In this document: piece by piece, positions 17,554 through 26,942 of the stretch | Layout: each line of letters begins with the position of its first letter | How positions within the stretch are numbered: position 1 is the stretch's first letter | Assembly (NCBI GenBank): GCA_963737905.1 | Contig: CAVTUQ010000042.1 | Location: forward strand, 1 to 36,373 | Origin: an uncultured delta proteobacterium | GTDB taxonomy: Bacteria; Desulfobacterota; Binatia; UBA9968 | Reading direction: 5' to 3' | DNA: 36,373 nucleotides | The notes under the pieces: generated by a model | Told to the model about the DNA's origin: nothing | Database searches by the model: none | The model's input: the letters and a program-made list of their open reading frames with translations, nothing else | Made by a program: the position numbers and the translations under genes

Positions 17554-17880
17554 CTACAAACTATCTTCCGCCTCATGCTCATATACCTGCCGCCAGGCTT
17601 CGAAGCCGCCGCTCATGCTCGCAACATTCTTGAAGCCGTTTTCAATAAAGTAAGCGCTGGCGCCAAGACTGCTGTTGCCGTGGTAGCAGTAAACCACGAC
17701 CGGCGTCTCCTTGTCGGTATTCTGGACAAATTCCTGAACATTGCCATCATGAAGATGCAACGCGCCGGGTATGTGCGCCGCGTGATACGATCCCGGATCG
17801 CGAATATCGACGAAGATACACTCTTTTTGGTCGAGTTTTTTCTTGGCGTCGTGTATTTGTATCTGTTGTATGTCGTTCAC
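17554..17880 (-). CDS. glpE: Thiosulfate sulfurtransferase (single-domain rhodanese)
   Basis: VDIRDP.SY...HIPGA, active-site loop CYHGNSS, GGFEAW. Confidence 0.9.
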   Translation of the reverse strand: MNDIQQIQIHDAKKKLDQKECIFVDIRDPGSYHAAHIPGALHLHDGNVQEFVQNTDKETPVVVYCYHGNSSLGASAYFIENGFKNVASMSGGFEAWRQVYEHEAEDSL

Positions 17881-18011
17881 TATTGGGCTCCCTGTCTATG
17901 CTCTATCCATCAGCGCTTAATTTTACAAGCAGCTATGGACGGCCCCGCCATAGCGCATTTTCACCGGCTAAACCCATATCACGATTTACCCCTCTGGTAT
18001 AATTCCGCGTC

Positions 18012-19199
18012 ATGAAGCTTTCGCCTATCACATACTACGTATTGGCCGCCATTTGCCAGACTTCAGGATCGTCGGGAGCAGCGATGTTGGCGCCATTCTT
18101 TATGAAGATGCATGGCTATTCCATTGCCTTGGCCGGAATCCCTCTGGTCGCTAACGGCATCGGCCGTGTTTTTTCTGATCTTTTATCCGGCATCATGGCA
18201 ACTTACTTCAGCGCGGGCGCGCTGCTTATCGCCGCCACAGTCATCGCCCTCGCGGCCAGCGCTCTTGGGTATCTTTTTCTCGACACCATGCCCGTATTCG
18301 TAGGCGTCTGGATTATCTTTGGATTGACTGAGGCAATGTTCGCCCTCGCTCTCAGAAAAATCGGCTTCGATCAATCCGCGCCGGAGCGCCAGGGACGGGT
18401 ACAGGGACAAATGGCTTCGGCTTTGGGCATCGGCTTTGCCCTCGGACCGCTTTTGGGCGGCTTCGTCGGCAAGTGGCTCGGGCCGGATGGACTTTTTTTT
18501 CTTTATTCCGTGCCCCAATTCTTCGGTTTGCTTTTTATCTTTATCGCCGGCGCCCAACGATACCGAAAAACCGTCCGTCAAAGTTCGGAGCCCATATGGC
18601 GCGAAGGAATTATTCTTTTACGCAAAGCGCCCTTTCTCGCCTCCTGCCTCGCTATCTGCCAGTCATTTCTATTCCTGATCGGAGTAACGCGGGTCGCGTT
18701 TCCTTTTTTAGTCACGAATCACGTCGGGTTAAGTCTGGAAGCGGTGGGGATCATGGTTTCAGTGTCACGTTTGACAGATACCCTCGGACGCTTCAGCGGC
18801 GGCTGGCTCTGCGATCGAATAAGCTCAAGCCGGGTGATTTTACTCGGAGTCGCCCTGGGGATCCCGATGTTTTTTCTTCAGCCCTATGGTTCCGGCTTCG
18901 CAACGCTATTGATTCCGCTTGCGGTGATGACCCTGGGCTTTGGATTTACCAACGTCGGAGCGACCACCTTTGCACTGCAATCAGCGAGCAGGACCAGTAA
19001 GGAGATCAGTCTCGGAATATCGCGGGCCTCGACCTCGGTGGGACAAACGCTGGGACCTTTAGTGTGCGGCGCCCTGATCGAAGGGATGGGATTCGATTGG
19101 GGTTTTCAGGCAATGGCGCTGATTTCGGCTGTCGTGTTTGTGATGGCGTGGATAGGGCCTGAAAAGAAACGCGGCTGGAGTGGTGGTCAACCGCGCTAG
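18012..19199 (+). CDS. MFS transporter
   Basis: About 12 TM; GFALGPLLGG (motif C); GWLCDRIS; GQTLGPLVCG. Confidence 0.85.
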   Translation: MKLSPITYYVLAAICQTSGSSGAAMLAPFFMKMHGYSIALAGIPLVANGIGRVFSDLLSGIMATYFSAGALLIAATVIALAASALGYLFLDTMPVFVGVWIIFGLTEAMFALALRKIGFDQSAPERQGRVQGQMASALGIGFALGPLLGGFVGKWLGPDGLFFLYSVPQFFGLLFIFIAGAQRYRKTVRQSSEPIWREGIILLRKAPFLASCLAICQSFLFLIGVTRVAFPFLVTNHVGLSLEAVGIMVSVSRLTDTLGRFSGGWLCDRISSSRVILLGVALGIPMFFLQPYGSGFATLLIPLAVMTLGFGFTNVGATTFALQSASRTSKEISLGISRASTSVGQTLGPLVCGALIEGMGFDWGFQAMALISAVVFVMAWIGPEKKRGWSGGQPR

Positions 19200-19307
19200 T
19201 CCGTAACCTGTCCTTCAGGTTCGGCGGGGGAAGGACAATGTGAGGGGACTCCAACCTGTCGTCTCCGCCGAATCCGGGGGCTGAACTGAACTTTGAGCTG
19301 GATCTGT

Positions 19308-20099
19308 CTATCGCAGCCCCTTAAACTCTTCACCGATGGCGAGATCTCTAAGCAGCGCCATACTATCGTTGCCTACGTTTCCCTGACCGGCTTTTTCAGC
19401 ACGCCACGCATCGAGATATTTGAGGATCTCGTCCAGCGGCAACACGTCGGCATACTTCTGATTCATGTCGAACAGATTGATCGCGTGGCAGGCTTCATGA
19501 CGGTCAAAGACGCACTCTTCAGCCACGATCATCCGTATCCGATTCGTGGTGCCATCGACGACACTTGCGCGCACGCAACCGCTCGTGCTCTCGCCGCAGG
19601 TGATGATGGTATCCACACCCAGAAAATTGAGATGACCGACGAGGGGCGTTCCCCAGAACGCGCTGGGAGAGGTTTTCTTCAATACGGTCTCCCCGGGGAT
19701 CGGTTTGACCTCGTCAACGATATCGAATTTCCGCCGCACACGGTCGAGCTCTTCGCCATCCATGGTCGACCGTTTTGCGCCATCGCGACGAAAAGCCCAG
19801 GGCGCGACGTTCACACCGTCCAACCCCGTGACGTGAATAACCGGAATTCCAACTTCACGCGCCTTGGCGAGCAGTTTTTGAATATGGGGCAGCGCGTTCC
19901 AGCCGGCCAGACCACAGCTTCCGGGCCAGGTTTTGATCGCTTCGACCACGGGTTCCGGTTTGTCGCCGAAGACCCACCGATACAGGTCGATCAGCAACAA
20001 CGCCGGCCGCTCGCCGAAACCGATGGGGCGCGGCGGCTTGTTAACCAACGTCGCCTTGTCTTGCTCGGTCAGAAAACGATCCCAGACTCTTTCAGCCAT
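19308..20099 (-). CDS. Isochorismatase-family cysteine hydrolase (N-carbamoylsarcosine/maleamate amidase-like)
   Basis: GFGERPALLLID, KTSPSAFWGT, GESTSGCVRASVVD, FDMNQKYADV. Confidence 0.9.
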   Translation of the reverse strand: MAERVWDRFLTEQDKATLVNKPPRPIGFGERPALLLIDLYRWVFGDKPEPVVEAIKTWPGSCGLAGWNALPHIQKLLAKAREVGIPVIHVTGLDGVNVAPWAFRRDGAKRSTMDGEELDRVRRKFDIVDEVKPIPGETVLKKTSPSAFWGTPLVGHLNFLGVDTIITCGESTSGCVRASVVDGTTNRIRMIVAEECVFDRHEACHAINLFDMNQKYADVLPLDEILKYLDAWRAEKAGQGNVGNDSMALLRDLAIGEEFKGLR

Positions 20100-20164
20100 G
20101 ACGAACCTCCGAATTGAATTGGTTTGACATTTATCATCCGCGCAAGCGACGAATCAAGGTATAC

Positions 20165-20779
20165 TTAAGCAGGGACGTTTTCTTTTGCCGCCAATAAGAT
20201 ATCGCCCCATGGTATATCATTATTCCAAGCCTGAGCCAGCGCCGCCTTCGCTTGAGCGAAGTTCGGTAGCGCAGCCAACACCTCCGGCGGATTTGGCGTT
20301 TCGACCGCATCGGGTCGAGTCTTCAACCACGACATTACTTTCGGAACGATCGACGGCACCGTCCCGTCATGAGACTTCGGATCAATCCCGGCGAGGTCGG
20401 AGACGAACTTGGCATACTGATTTCCCTCCGGAACCAAGAGCAGCCAGTCATGCCGGTGCGCTTCATCGGTTTGCGTGTAGCGTCTGGCAATGGCGATGCC
20501 GAGCTCCAGCGGCATGTTGAAGCGAGCCAGTTGCTCACTACCCTCGCCTTTGCATCGCGACAAATCATGTATGGAATACTTGGAAGAAAAAATCGCCCGC
20601 GTGATCCTCTCCATTCGCGGCTCGGCAACATTCCCCGACTCCAGCGCGCTGCGCGGCACAAAGCCGCAGCACACCGTGGCAAACACGATGGCATCGAAAA
20701 GCGGCGCGAACTCAGCGTCGTAGGGGCAGTTTATGAAAACCGACTGATTCGGATCGACAGGGGGAGCGCTCTGCGCCAC
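20165..20779 (-). CDS. Hypothetical protein with TIR-like / nucleoside 2-deoxyribosyltransferase-like fold
   Basis: VFINCPYD (beta1), RMERITRAI.SSKYSIHDLS, FNMPLELG resembling the NDT NxxxELG catalytic Glu motif; fold assignment is inference. Confidence 0.65.
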   Translation of the reverse strand: MAQSAPPVDPNQSVFINCPYDAEFAPLFDAIVFATVCCGFVPRSALESGNVAEPRMERITRAIFSSKYSIHDLSRCKGEGSEQLARFNMPLELGIAIARRYTQTDEAHRHDWLLLVPEGNQYAKFVSDLAGIDPKSHDGTVPSIVPKVMSWLKTRPDAVETPNPPEVLAALPNFAQAKAALAQAWNNDIPWGDILLAAKENVPA

Positions 20780-20785
20780 AGCTCG

Positions 20786-21292
20786 TTACCAGGCGTTATC
20801 GTCTTTTTTGATGCTGTGAGCAAAGGTCTCGACATTCTTCAAGCGCTCTCTCAGTTGCGCCGTGTCTTTCGACGTCATGGGCTTTGGTTCCGCTGCTTGA
20901 CCTTGAAGGGCTTGGATGACAGGGCTCCAATTACCCGAAGTCTCAGCTAAACGCAGCGCCTGAAAACGAGCGATAAAACTCGGCAGTTTAGCGTCGCCAA
21001 TCAGAACCGGAATCAACAACTTCTTAGGGTCATCCCAGTGGGACTCCAAAATCACGCTCCATTCGAGTTCTTGATATTTCGTCGGCGGCGCGTCGCTGAC
21101 AACAAGCACGATCACCGCATCGGCAGTCCGGATCGCCGCCTCAGACGTTTTCTGCCAGTCCAAATCGGTCTTGAAATCCCCTACTCCGTCGAACACTGAA
21201 AAATTATGACGGTGAAGCTCTTCGACGAGGCTCCGCGCCGCCGCTTCATCGCGCCGCGCGTAAGATACAAAAACGTTTTTTACCTTACCCAT
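20786..21292 (-). CDS. TIR domain protein (TIR_2)
   Basis: VFVSYARRD, AIRTADAVIVLV, YQELEW (putative catalytic Glu), LIPVLIGD..LPSF; about 35-aa C-terminal helical extension. Confidence 0.85.
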   Translation of the reverse strand: MGKVKNVFVSYARRDEAAARSLVEELHRHNFSVFDGVGDFKTDLDWQKTSEAAIRTADAVIVLVVSDAPPTKYQELEWSVILESHWDDPKKLLIPVLIGDAKLPSFIARFQALRLAETSGNWSPVIQALQGQAAEPKPMTSKDTAQLRERLKNVETFAHSIKKDDNAW

Positions 21293-21343
21293 AGGATCAC
21301 TTTGGGATTGCCTTTGGCGACTATCGTATTACGCCTGAGTCAA

Positions 21344-21372
21344 ATTCTGCGCCCCTGAGCATCCGTTGTCAA
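21344..21372 (-). promoter_or_regulatory. Sigma70 promoter of the TIR operon
   Basis: TTGACA-N17-CAGAAT, about 50 bp upstream of the TIR start. Confidence 0.6.
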
Positions 21373-21499
21373 ATCCCGCTCAAAACAAAACTGATCCAGC
21401 AACGCTTGTGGAATCATCTCTGCCAAAAAGTTTCGGCTCCAGCCTAAGCCCCACAATTTGAACGGTTGGAATTGCTTGAACAATTGGAACCGTCCGCTG

Positions 21500-22075
21500 C
21501 TATTCTACGTCCTGGACAATACGAAAGCCAATGTAGTTGATGCGGACGCCGGCGATGCCCTCGTGCCGGAAAGACGCGCGCAAGAAGACCCGTCCGGCGC
21601 TCCAGGAGCCACCGCGGATCACGCGCAGGCCGCGCTCTTCGCCGTCCAAACGCACCGCATCACCGGTGTCTGGTTGTTCATATTTGTTCAGACACCACTC
21701 GTACACATTTCCCGCCATATCCAGCACCCCTTGCCGCGTGGCACCATTTGGATACATTCCTACGGCGGATGTGCGGAAGAATCCACTTTCGTTGCTATTA
21801 CATCTCGCCGCGTTCCATCCACCGGCCCATGGATACTCGCGCTTTGGATCTCCCCCCCATCGCAGCCAGTTGCCACTCCCATTCGGTGGGTAAGCGAATA
21901 GTAGATCTCGTCCGCTTGCTCAGCCACCTGCAGAACGCCACCGCTTCAAACCAGGAAACGGTTTCCCGTGGCGAACTGGCTTCTTTCCAACTAGGCTCGC
22001 TCGGCATTTCCGTAGCCATCCTCAGCATCTATGAAGGCTTGGAACTGAACGTTAGTAACCGGATATTTTGCAATG
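21500..22075 (-). pseudogene. Ruined FGE-sulfatase (SUMF1/C-type-lectin fold) domain gene
   Basis: RIAKYPVTNVQFQAF; PRETVSWFEAVAFCRWL..RLPTEWEWQLAA; YPW..DMAGNVYEWC..RGGSW..IGFR, in three frames. Lesions near 22000 and at G7 21852-21858; 5' part missing. Confidence 0.85.
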
Positions 22076-22452
22076 CGGAGGAAAGATAAATCGTCGTCAT
22101 GACACTGTAATATTCTCGACTTCCCTATCCAGCGTGAGTCGAGTGGGTTTGCGCGTCTTATACAACGTCAAGCTGGAGAAAATCAAAGTCGGGCACCGTG
22201 ACTGTGCAGATTCGTCAGGTCCGTAGGATGCGCCGGACACATCCATGTGAACCTGGATTCCGGCAATCCATGCCGGAACGACGACATGGAGGATTCCTCG
22301 CCATCGGGAATGCCAATCAACGTCCACGGAGAGGAAATCACAGCGACGAATCCCACCGGTGACACTTCAAACCGAATTCCAACGTTGAACCTTAAACATT
22401 GAACCTTGAACCCGCGGTTTCGAAAGCGCTATAGTCCATCCACGGAGGCGTT

Positions 22453-22968
22453 ATGGAGAAGCTTATCCCTATCGATCTCACCGGCGTCATCGACGACGTC
22501 AAAGCCGAGGGCAAAACCCGACGGGTCCTGTGGCAAGATTCGGAGTCCATCGCGTTCTTGAGCAGCGGGCGCAAAGAGCGCTGGGATTTTCACATCGACC
22601 CCGCGGACGAGGTGACGTTGCAGCTGACCGGAGTGCAGCATCTGGTCTATCGAACACCCGACGGCACAGAACAAACAGCCGACATAAAAGCCGGTCAAAT
22701 CCTCCTTTGTCCCGCCGGCGTGCCCCACTCGCCGCGTCTCGAGGAGAACTCCTGGTTTATCGTCTTCGAACGCAAACGCCGCGCGGGCGAAATCGATCAT
22801 TTCAGATGGTTCTGCAATAAGTGCGGCGACAAAGTTTACGAAACTTCCGTCGAGGTCGGCGATTACCGCGCCGATCCTGTGGGGCAGGTCTACCAGAAGT
22901 TTTCCAGCGATGAGAAGCTGCGCACTTGCAAAAATTGCGGCACGATGGTTCCCGTGCCTCCGAAGTAG
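22453..22968 (+). CDS. 3-hydroxyanthranilate 3,4-dioxygenase-like cupin (HAO/NbaC family)
   Basis: RWDFHIDPADE, PAGVPHSPR, VFERKR, WFCNKC...RTCKNCG rubredoxin-like site; RBS GGAGG. Confidence 0.8.
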   Translation: MEKLIPIDLTGVIDDVKAEGKTRRVLWQDSESIAFLSSGRKERWDFHIDPADEVTLQLTGVQHLVYRTPDGTEQTADIKAGQILLCPAGVPHSPRLEENSWFIVFERKRRAGEIDHFRWFCNKCGDKVYETSVEVGDYRADPVGQVYQKFSSDEKLRTCKNCGTMVPVPPK

Positions 22969-22974
22969 CGGAAA

Positions 22975-23118
22975 TGAACATGTTCCAATCGTTCAAGCCG
23001 TTCAACCGCTTCGCTCCGTTCAAGCCGTATCGGATTTTGCACGTTCAAATCGTTGGAACTTCCGAAACGATTTGAACGGCTTGAACGGAACGAAGTGATT
23101 GAACGATTTGAACGTGTT
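22975..23118. repeat. Large inverted 9-bp GTTCAA/TTGAAC micro-array
   Basis: GTTCCAATC-GTTCAAGCC-GTTCAACCG... versus TTGAACGGC-TTGAACGGA...TTGAACGAT-TTGAACG. Confidence 0.8.
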
Positions 23119-23123
23119 CCGTT

Positions 23124-23957
23124 ATGATTGACTACGTCAAACAACTGACGCGACTCGCGGGAGCTTATCGCGCCGCCGAAGAAGCAATCGTCGGCGCCTT
23201 CTTCGCCAAGCCGCGAAAGAGACTCGATCATCTACGCTGGTTGCGCGCACAAGCTTTCAAGGAATACTCCGCCATTAAACCCATTTTCAGCGCCGTGGCC
23301 AAACTCTATCCGGAGGTGGATCGCCAGATAGATCGCCACCAGTTTGAAGAACTCACGGAGAAACTCGCCGACGAAACAAAGCATGCCAGACTGGTCATGG
23401 ATCTCTTGCAGGAACTAACTGGCAAAAGAGTAACCTTTGCGGACTTGCTTTGGCTGCCGGAAGATCGGAAGTTGGCAAAAATACGGGCACGATACTCGAA
23501 GAGTTTAGCCACGCTTCTGCACGGCAACGGCGCAATCAAAGCCAAAGAGATCCGCAGACAAGACGAAGCAATCGAGCGCGCCGCCATCACCTTGACGGAA
23601 GGCGGAGGCGGCGCGCTCTACGAAGTTTGCAGTAGACTCAAGAAAAGCGGCGTTGAAGGAAAAATGGCGCGGGTGTTCGGGGAAATATTACGTGACGAAC
23701 TGGGACATAAGGAGTCCGGCGCACGCGCGCTGGCGGCGGTGGTCAGGACCAAAGCGGGGTTTGAGCGGGCCGCTCGAATTATTCGTGAAGTCTCCAGCCA
23801 GCGTCTGCGCATGCGCAACGAGCAATTCGGTTTTCCGATGACAGAAGACGAGATCATAATTCTGGATAAACGTGCTAGAGTCTCAGCCAGAACTAAAGCA
23901 ACAAGACTTATTTCACCGCAGAGACGCGGGGTTCACAGAGATCGGAGTATTTCTTGA
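23124..23957 (+). CDS. Ferritin-like (di-iron) domain protein
   Basis: Helical protein with KEY...DETKH...TEGG...DELGH (E..ExxH..E..ExxH); the C-terminal roughly 15 aa derive from repeat DNA. Confidence 0.7.
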   Translation: MIDYVKQLTRLAGAYRAAEEAIVGAFFAKPRKRLDHLRWLRAQAFKEYSAIKPIFSAVAKLYPEVDRQIDRHQFEELTEKLADETKHARLVMDLLQELTGKRVTFADLLWLPEDRKLAKIRARYSKSLATLLHGNGAIKAKEIRRQDEAIERAAITLTEGGGGALYEVCSRLKKSGVEGKMARVFGEILRDELGHKESGARALAAVVRTKAGFERAARIIREVSSQRLRMRNEQFGFPMTEDEIIILDKRARVSARTKATRLISPQRRGVHRDRSIS

Positions 23958-24034
23958 TCAAGAACTCTTTACTCTGCGACATCGGCGCCTCAGCCTTGAA
24001 AATTGTGGCTGATCCGTCCTCTGGCGGATCCGCG

Positions 24035-24943
24035 GTGAGTTCTCTTCTGGATCGATGCAATCAGAATAGGCCCCTGATAGTTCTCTGCCTGGCGCTTTTC
24101 GCCTACCTGATAGTCTCCTCTTCTGCGGTCGCCTTGGAAGTCCCCGCGCTTAATACCACGATCAATGACTTCGCCAAGATGATGCCGCCGGCGAGCATCG
24201 ATGATCTGACCGAACGCTTGAAGCGAACAAAAACTGAGACCGCCTACACCGTCGCGGTTCTCACGGTGCCGAGCCTTGAAGACGAAGACATGGAAAGCTT
24301 TGGACGCAAAGCTTTTAAGCAGCTCCCGTTGACGGAGAAGGAATTACAGAGGTCGGCCCTTCTTATCGTCGCTCGCAAGGAACAAAAAGTCGGCCTCCAG
24401 ACTGGATCCGAGCTGCAGCCCCTCTTTCCTCAACCTGAAGCGAACCGGAAACTTCAAAGCCAGGTGGAAATTTATTTTAACGGGCTGAGACCCGATTTGG
24501 GGATTCACGCGGGAGTCCACTATATCTTCGGAGTGATCAAAGGGGAGTTCCGCGTTGGCAGCGCATCAGAGGAGGAAAAGCTTGAGAATGCGTCGAAGCG
24601 AGGCGCAGGGGCGGGAGCGATCTTCGCAGTATTGTTGGGACCTTTCCTGGCATTTTTTATCGGGATGTTATGGGGCATCTACGCGACACATTACGGCGTT
24701 CGCCGTGAAACCCGGCTCTTTATTGGCGCCGTCCTGGGTGGCGGAACGGCAAAGATCGTCGCGACCCTCATGTCGATGATGGGTAGCTATAGTGACGGCC
24801 TGTGGTACTTTATCCTGGCTGTCAGCATTCCTCTAGGTGTTTTTGGCAGTCTAACGGAGTACTGGATGCAAGGGGACTGGAGCGGCATCCCGCGGGTAAA
24901 GGATAAAGTAAGACGGAAACCCGAAGACAACATGGGGATCTGA
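24035..24943 (+). CDS. TPM-domain (YgcG-like) membrane protein
   Basis: Signal peptide then ALEVPAL..INDFAKMM, AVLTVPSLEDEDME, ALLIVARKEQKVGLQTG; three C-terminal TMs. The ORF-track N-terminus lies in repeat DNA, so the start is placed at GTG 24035. Confidence 0.75.
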   Translation: MSSLLDRCNQNRPLIVLCLALFAYLIVSSSAVALEVPALNTTINDFAKMMPPASIDDLTERLKRTKTETAYTVAVLTVPSLEDEDMESFGRKAFKQLPLTEKELQRSALLIVARKEQKVGLQTGSELQPLFPQPEANRKLQSQVEIYFNGLRPDLGIHAGVHYIFGVIKGEFRVGSASEEEKLENASKRGAGAGAIFAVLLGPFLAFFIGMLWGIYATHYGVRRETRLFIGAVLGGGTAKIVATLMSMMGSYSDGLWYFILAVSIPLGVFGSLTEYWMQGDWSGIPRVKDKVRRKPEDNMGI

Positions 24944-24973
24944 CACGTCGCGGCTCAAAATAAAGGAGCCGCC

Positions 24974-26824
24974 CTACTCCTCCAGTGAACGAATCTCGGC
25001 GTCGGCCCTGCGCAGGCGTGCGGAGAGTTCACGCCCGATGTTGCTCAACAACTTGGCGCGCATCCCCCGATGCAGCGCGGCAAGCGCGTCAAACTTTGCG
25101 AGTGGCAAAATGTAACAGACAGCGGGCAGCACTGCCACGACGTCAGCCGATCGCGTGCCCCCGTCCAAGACCGAAAGCTCACCGAAGGCCACACCGGGGG
25201 CGATCGTCGCCAACCGCTTTTGGCGCGTCCCATCGCCGAGCCGAAGGCAAACGTTTACCAGACCTCCGGCCAACAGGAATAAGGAGTCGGCCGGATCCCC
25301 CTCGCGGACGATGACGTCGCCCGGAGCATAATGAGCCAGCTCGACGATCGAGCGAAGCAGTTCGATTTCGTCGGCGTCGAACCCCGCCAGTATATCCATC
25401 GCCTCCAGCGCTACAACGCTCTTTTCGCACCCATGCTCGACGCTTTCTTCAGCGATCAGGCGATTTTCACACCATTCGAGAGCCGCATCGATGTCCGGAA
25501 AAAAACCATCCCTTGTCCATCCCGCCTCTGTCATTTCCGTGAGCGACTGGCCGGCCGCAACCGGAAGATGGGACAGAATCACTTTCTTACCCTTCTCTGC
25601 AAGCACTGTCTCCATCTCCGCCAGCAGTGTGACCGCACAATCGTCAATCTCCAATACCCGCTTCATGTCTAAAATGAGATAGGCAATGGAATCCAACTCT
25701 GCAGCGAGTTTCCGGAACACTTGCTCCAAGGCGCCAAAAAAGAGATTTCCCTGGAGTTCATAGACGCAGACGGCCTCTCCCTTGCGATTGAGAACAGCCT
25801 GCTCCTGGCTGCTGCGCATCCGTTTGGAGCGGACCGTGGTCCCCCGGGAGCGGCGGCGGACAACGACCCCGGTGACGGAGCGTACCCGGAACATATGCAA
25901 CTTAAATCGTTGCGATAGTTCCTCGCAGACCTTTATTCCCCGGCAACTGTTTCCTTGACGATCGAGCAAAGGAGAAAACGTCCCGATACCAAACTGTCCG
26001 GGAAGAACGGCGACGATTCCCCCGCCGACTCCGCTCTTGGCCGCCAACCCGATGCGGTAACCCCACTCCCCAGCGTAGTCGTACATACCACAGCTGTGCA
26101 TGACACTCAGTACGTTTTTGACGTAGGGCTCCTCGATCGCGCGTTCGCCGGTCAGAGGGTTGACCCCGTTATTTGCCAAGGTCGCCCCCATAACCGCGAG
26201 ATCCTTTGCGCTTACCAAAACCGAGCACTGGTCGAAGTAGAGATCCAGATGCTCATCGATCCGTTCGTCGATCATGCCGGCATTGCGCTCGAGATAGGCG
26301 ATGGCTCGGTTGCGGTGACCCGTCGCCTTTTCCGATGTAAATACCGCCCGATCGATTTCCAGAGGCCGCCCGGCAAATCTACCGAACATTTTCAGCATGC
26401 ACGCGAGTCGCCGATCGTATCCTTCCCCGTGGATAAGGGCGGTGGTGGCGATGGCGCCGGCATTGACCATCGGATTAAAGGGACGATTGCGCCGCTCGTC
26501 AAAGACGATTGAGTTAAAGGCTTCGCCGCTTGGTTCAACCCCAACCTTGGCGAGGACATAATCCACCCCCAGTTGTTGGAGCGCCAGTCCGTAGACAAAG
26601 GGCTTCGAGATCGATTGGATGGTGAACAGGTGACGCGAGTCCCCGATCTCATAGACCTGGCCATCCGCGGTCACGAGAGCGATGCCAAAGAGCTGCGGGT
26701 TGACCCTGGCCAACTCTGGGATGTAGGTGGCTACCTGGCCGTCGAAATTCGTGCGGTATTTCTTGTGCAACTGCCGCAAGCAGGACAGAATCGGCGAGAA
26801 GTCTTGATCAACAGCGTTACTCAC
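24974..26824 (-). CDS. glsA: Glutaminase A fused to STAS and cNMP-binding domains
   Basis: YIPELA, FTIQSISKP, EPSGEAFN, NPMVNAGAI, CGMYD, AKSGVGGG; LQGNLFFG..LDMKRV (STAS); FGELSVLDGGTRSADV (cNMP). Confidence 0.95.
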   Translation of the reverse strand: MSNAVDQDFSPILSCLRQLHKKYRTNFDGQVATYIPELARVNPQLFGIALVTADGQVYEIGDSRHLFTIQSISKPFVYGLALQQLGVDYVLAKVGVEPSGEAFNSIVFDERRNRPFNPMVNAGAIATTALIHGEGYDRRLACMLKMFGRFAGRPLEIDRAVFTSEKATGHRNRAIAYLERNAGMIDERIDEHLDLYFDQCSVLVSAKDLAVMGATLANNGVNPLTGERAIEEPYVKNVLSVMHSCGMYDYAGEWGYRIGLAAKSGVGGGIVAVLPGQFGIGTFSPLLDRQGNSCRGIKVCEELSQRFKLHMFRVRSVTGVVVRRRSRGTTVRSKRMRSSQEQAVLNRKGEAVCVYELQGNLFFGALEQVFRKLAAELDSIAYLILDMKRVLEIDDCAVTLLAEMETVLAEKGKKVILSHLPVAAGQSLTEMTEAGWTRDGFFPDIDAALEWCENRLIAEESVEHGCEKSVVALEAMDILAGFDADEIELLRSIVELAHYAPGDVIVREGDPADSLFLLAGGLVNVCLRLGDGTRQKRLATIAPGVAFGELSVLDGGTRSADVVAVLPAVCYILPLAKFDALAALHRGMRAKLLSNIGRELSARLRRADAEIRSLEE

Positions 26825-26942
26825 AAATGATCGAATTTCGGGTTCGGCTATGCCGGCTCCACTTTTTTCGCCCTAGGCTGCGCCTTCTTGAGACGGTTGA
26901 CAGCCATCCGGCGCAGGGAAGGAGGGATGTATGTGCGTTGAA

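Noticed and set aside
15553-18015. Long plus-strand ORFs of 318 aa and 405 aa
   Set aside because: Antisense to the DUF427, NHL and glpE genes, which carry clear family motifs.
13007-22968. An NAD-themed cluster (CobB, isochorismatase, TIR, HAO)
   Set aside because: The genes are dispersed, on different strands and separated by unrelated genes; no evidence of a single unit.
22975-23118. CRISPR array
   Set aside because: Units are 9-bp degenerate tandem repeats without unique 30-40 bp spacers, and there are no cas genes in the window.
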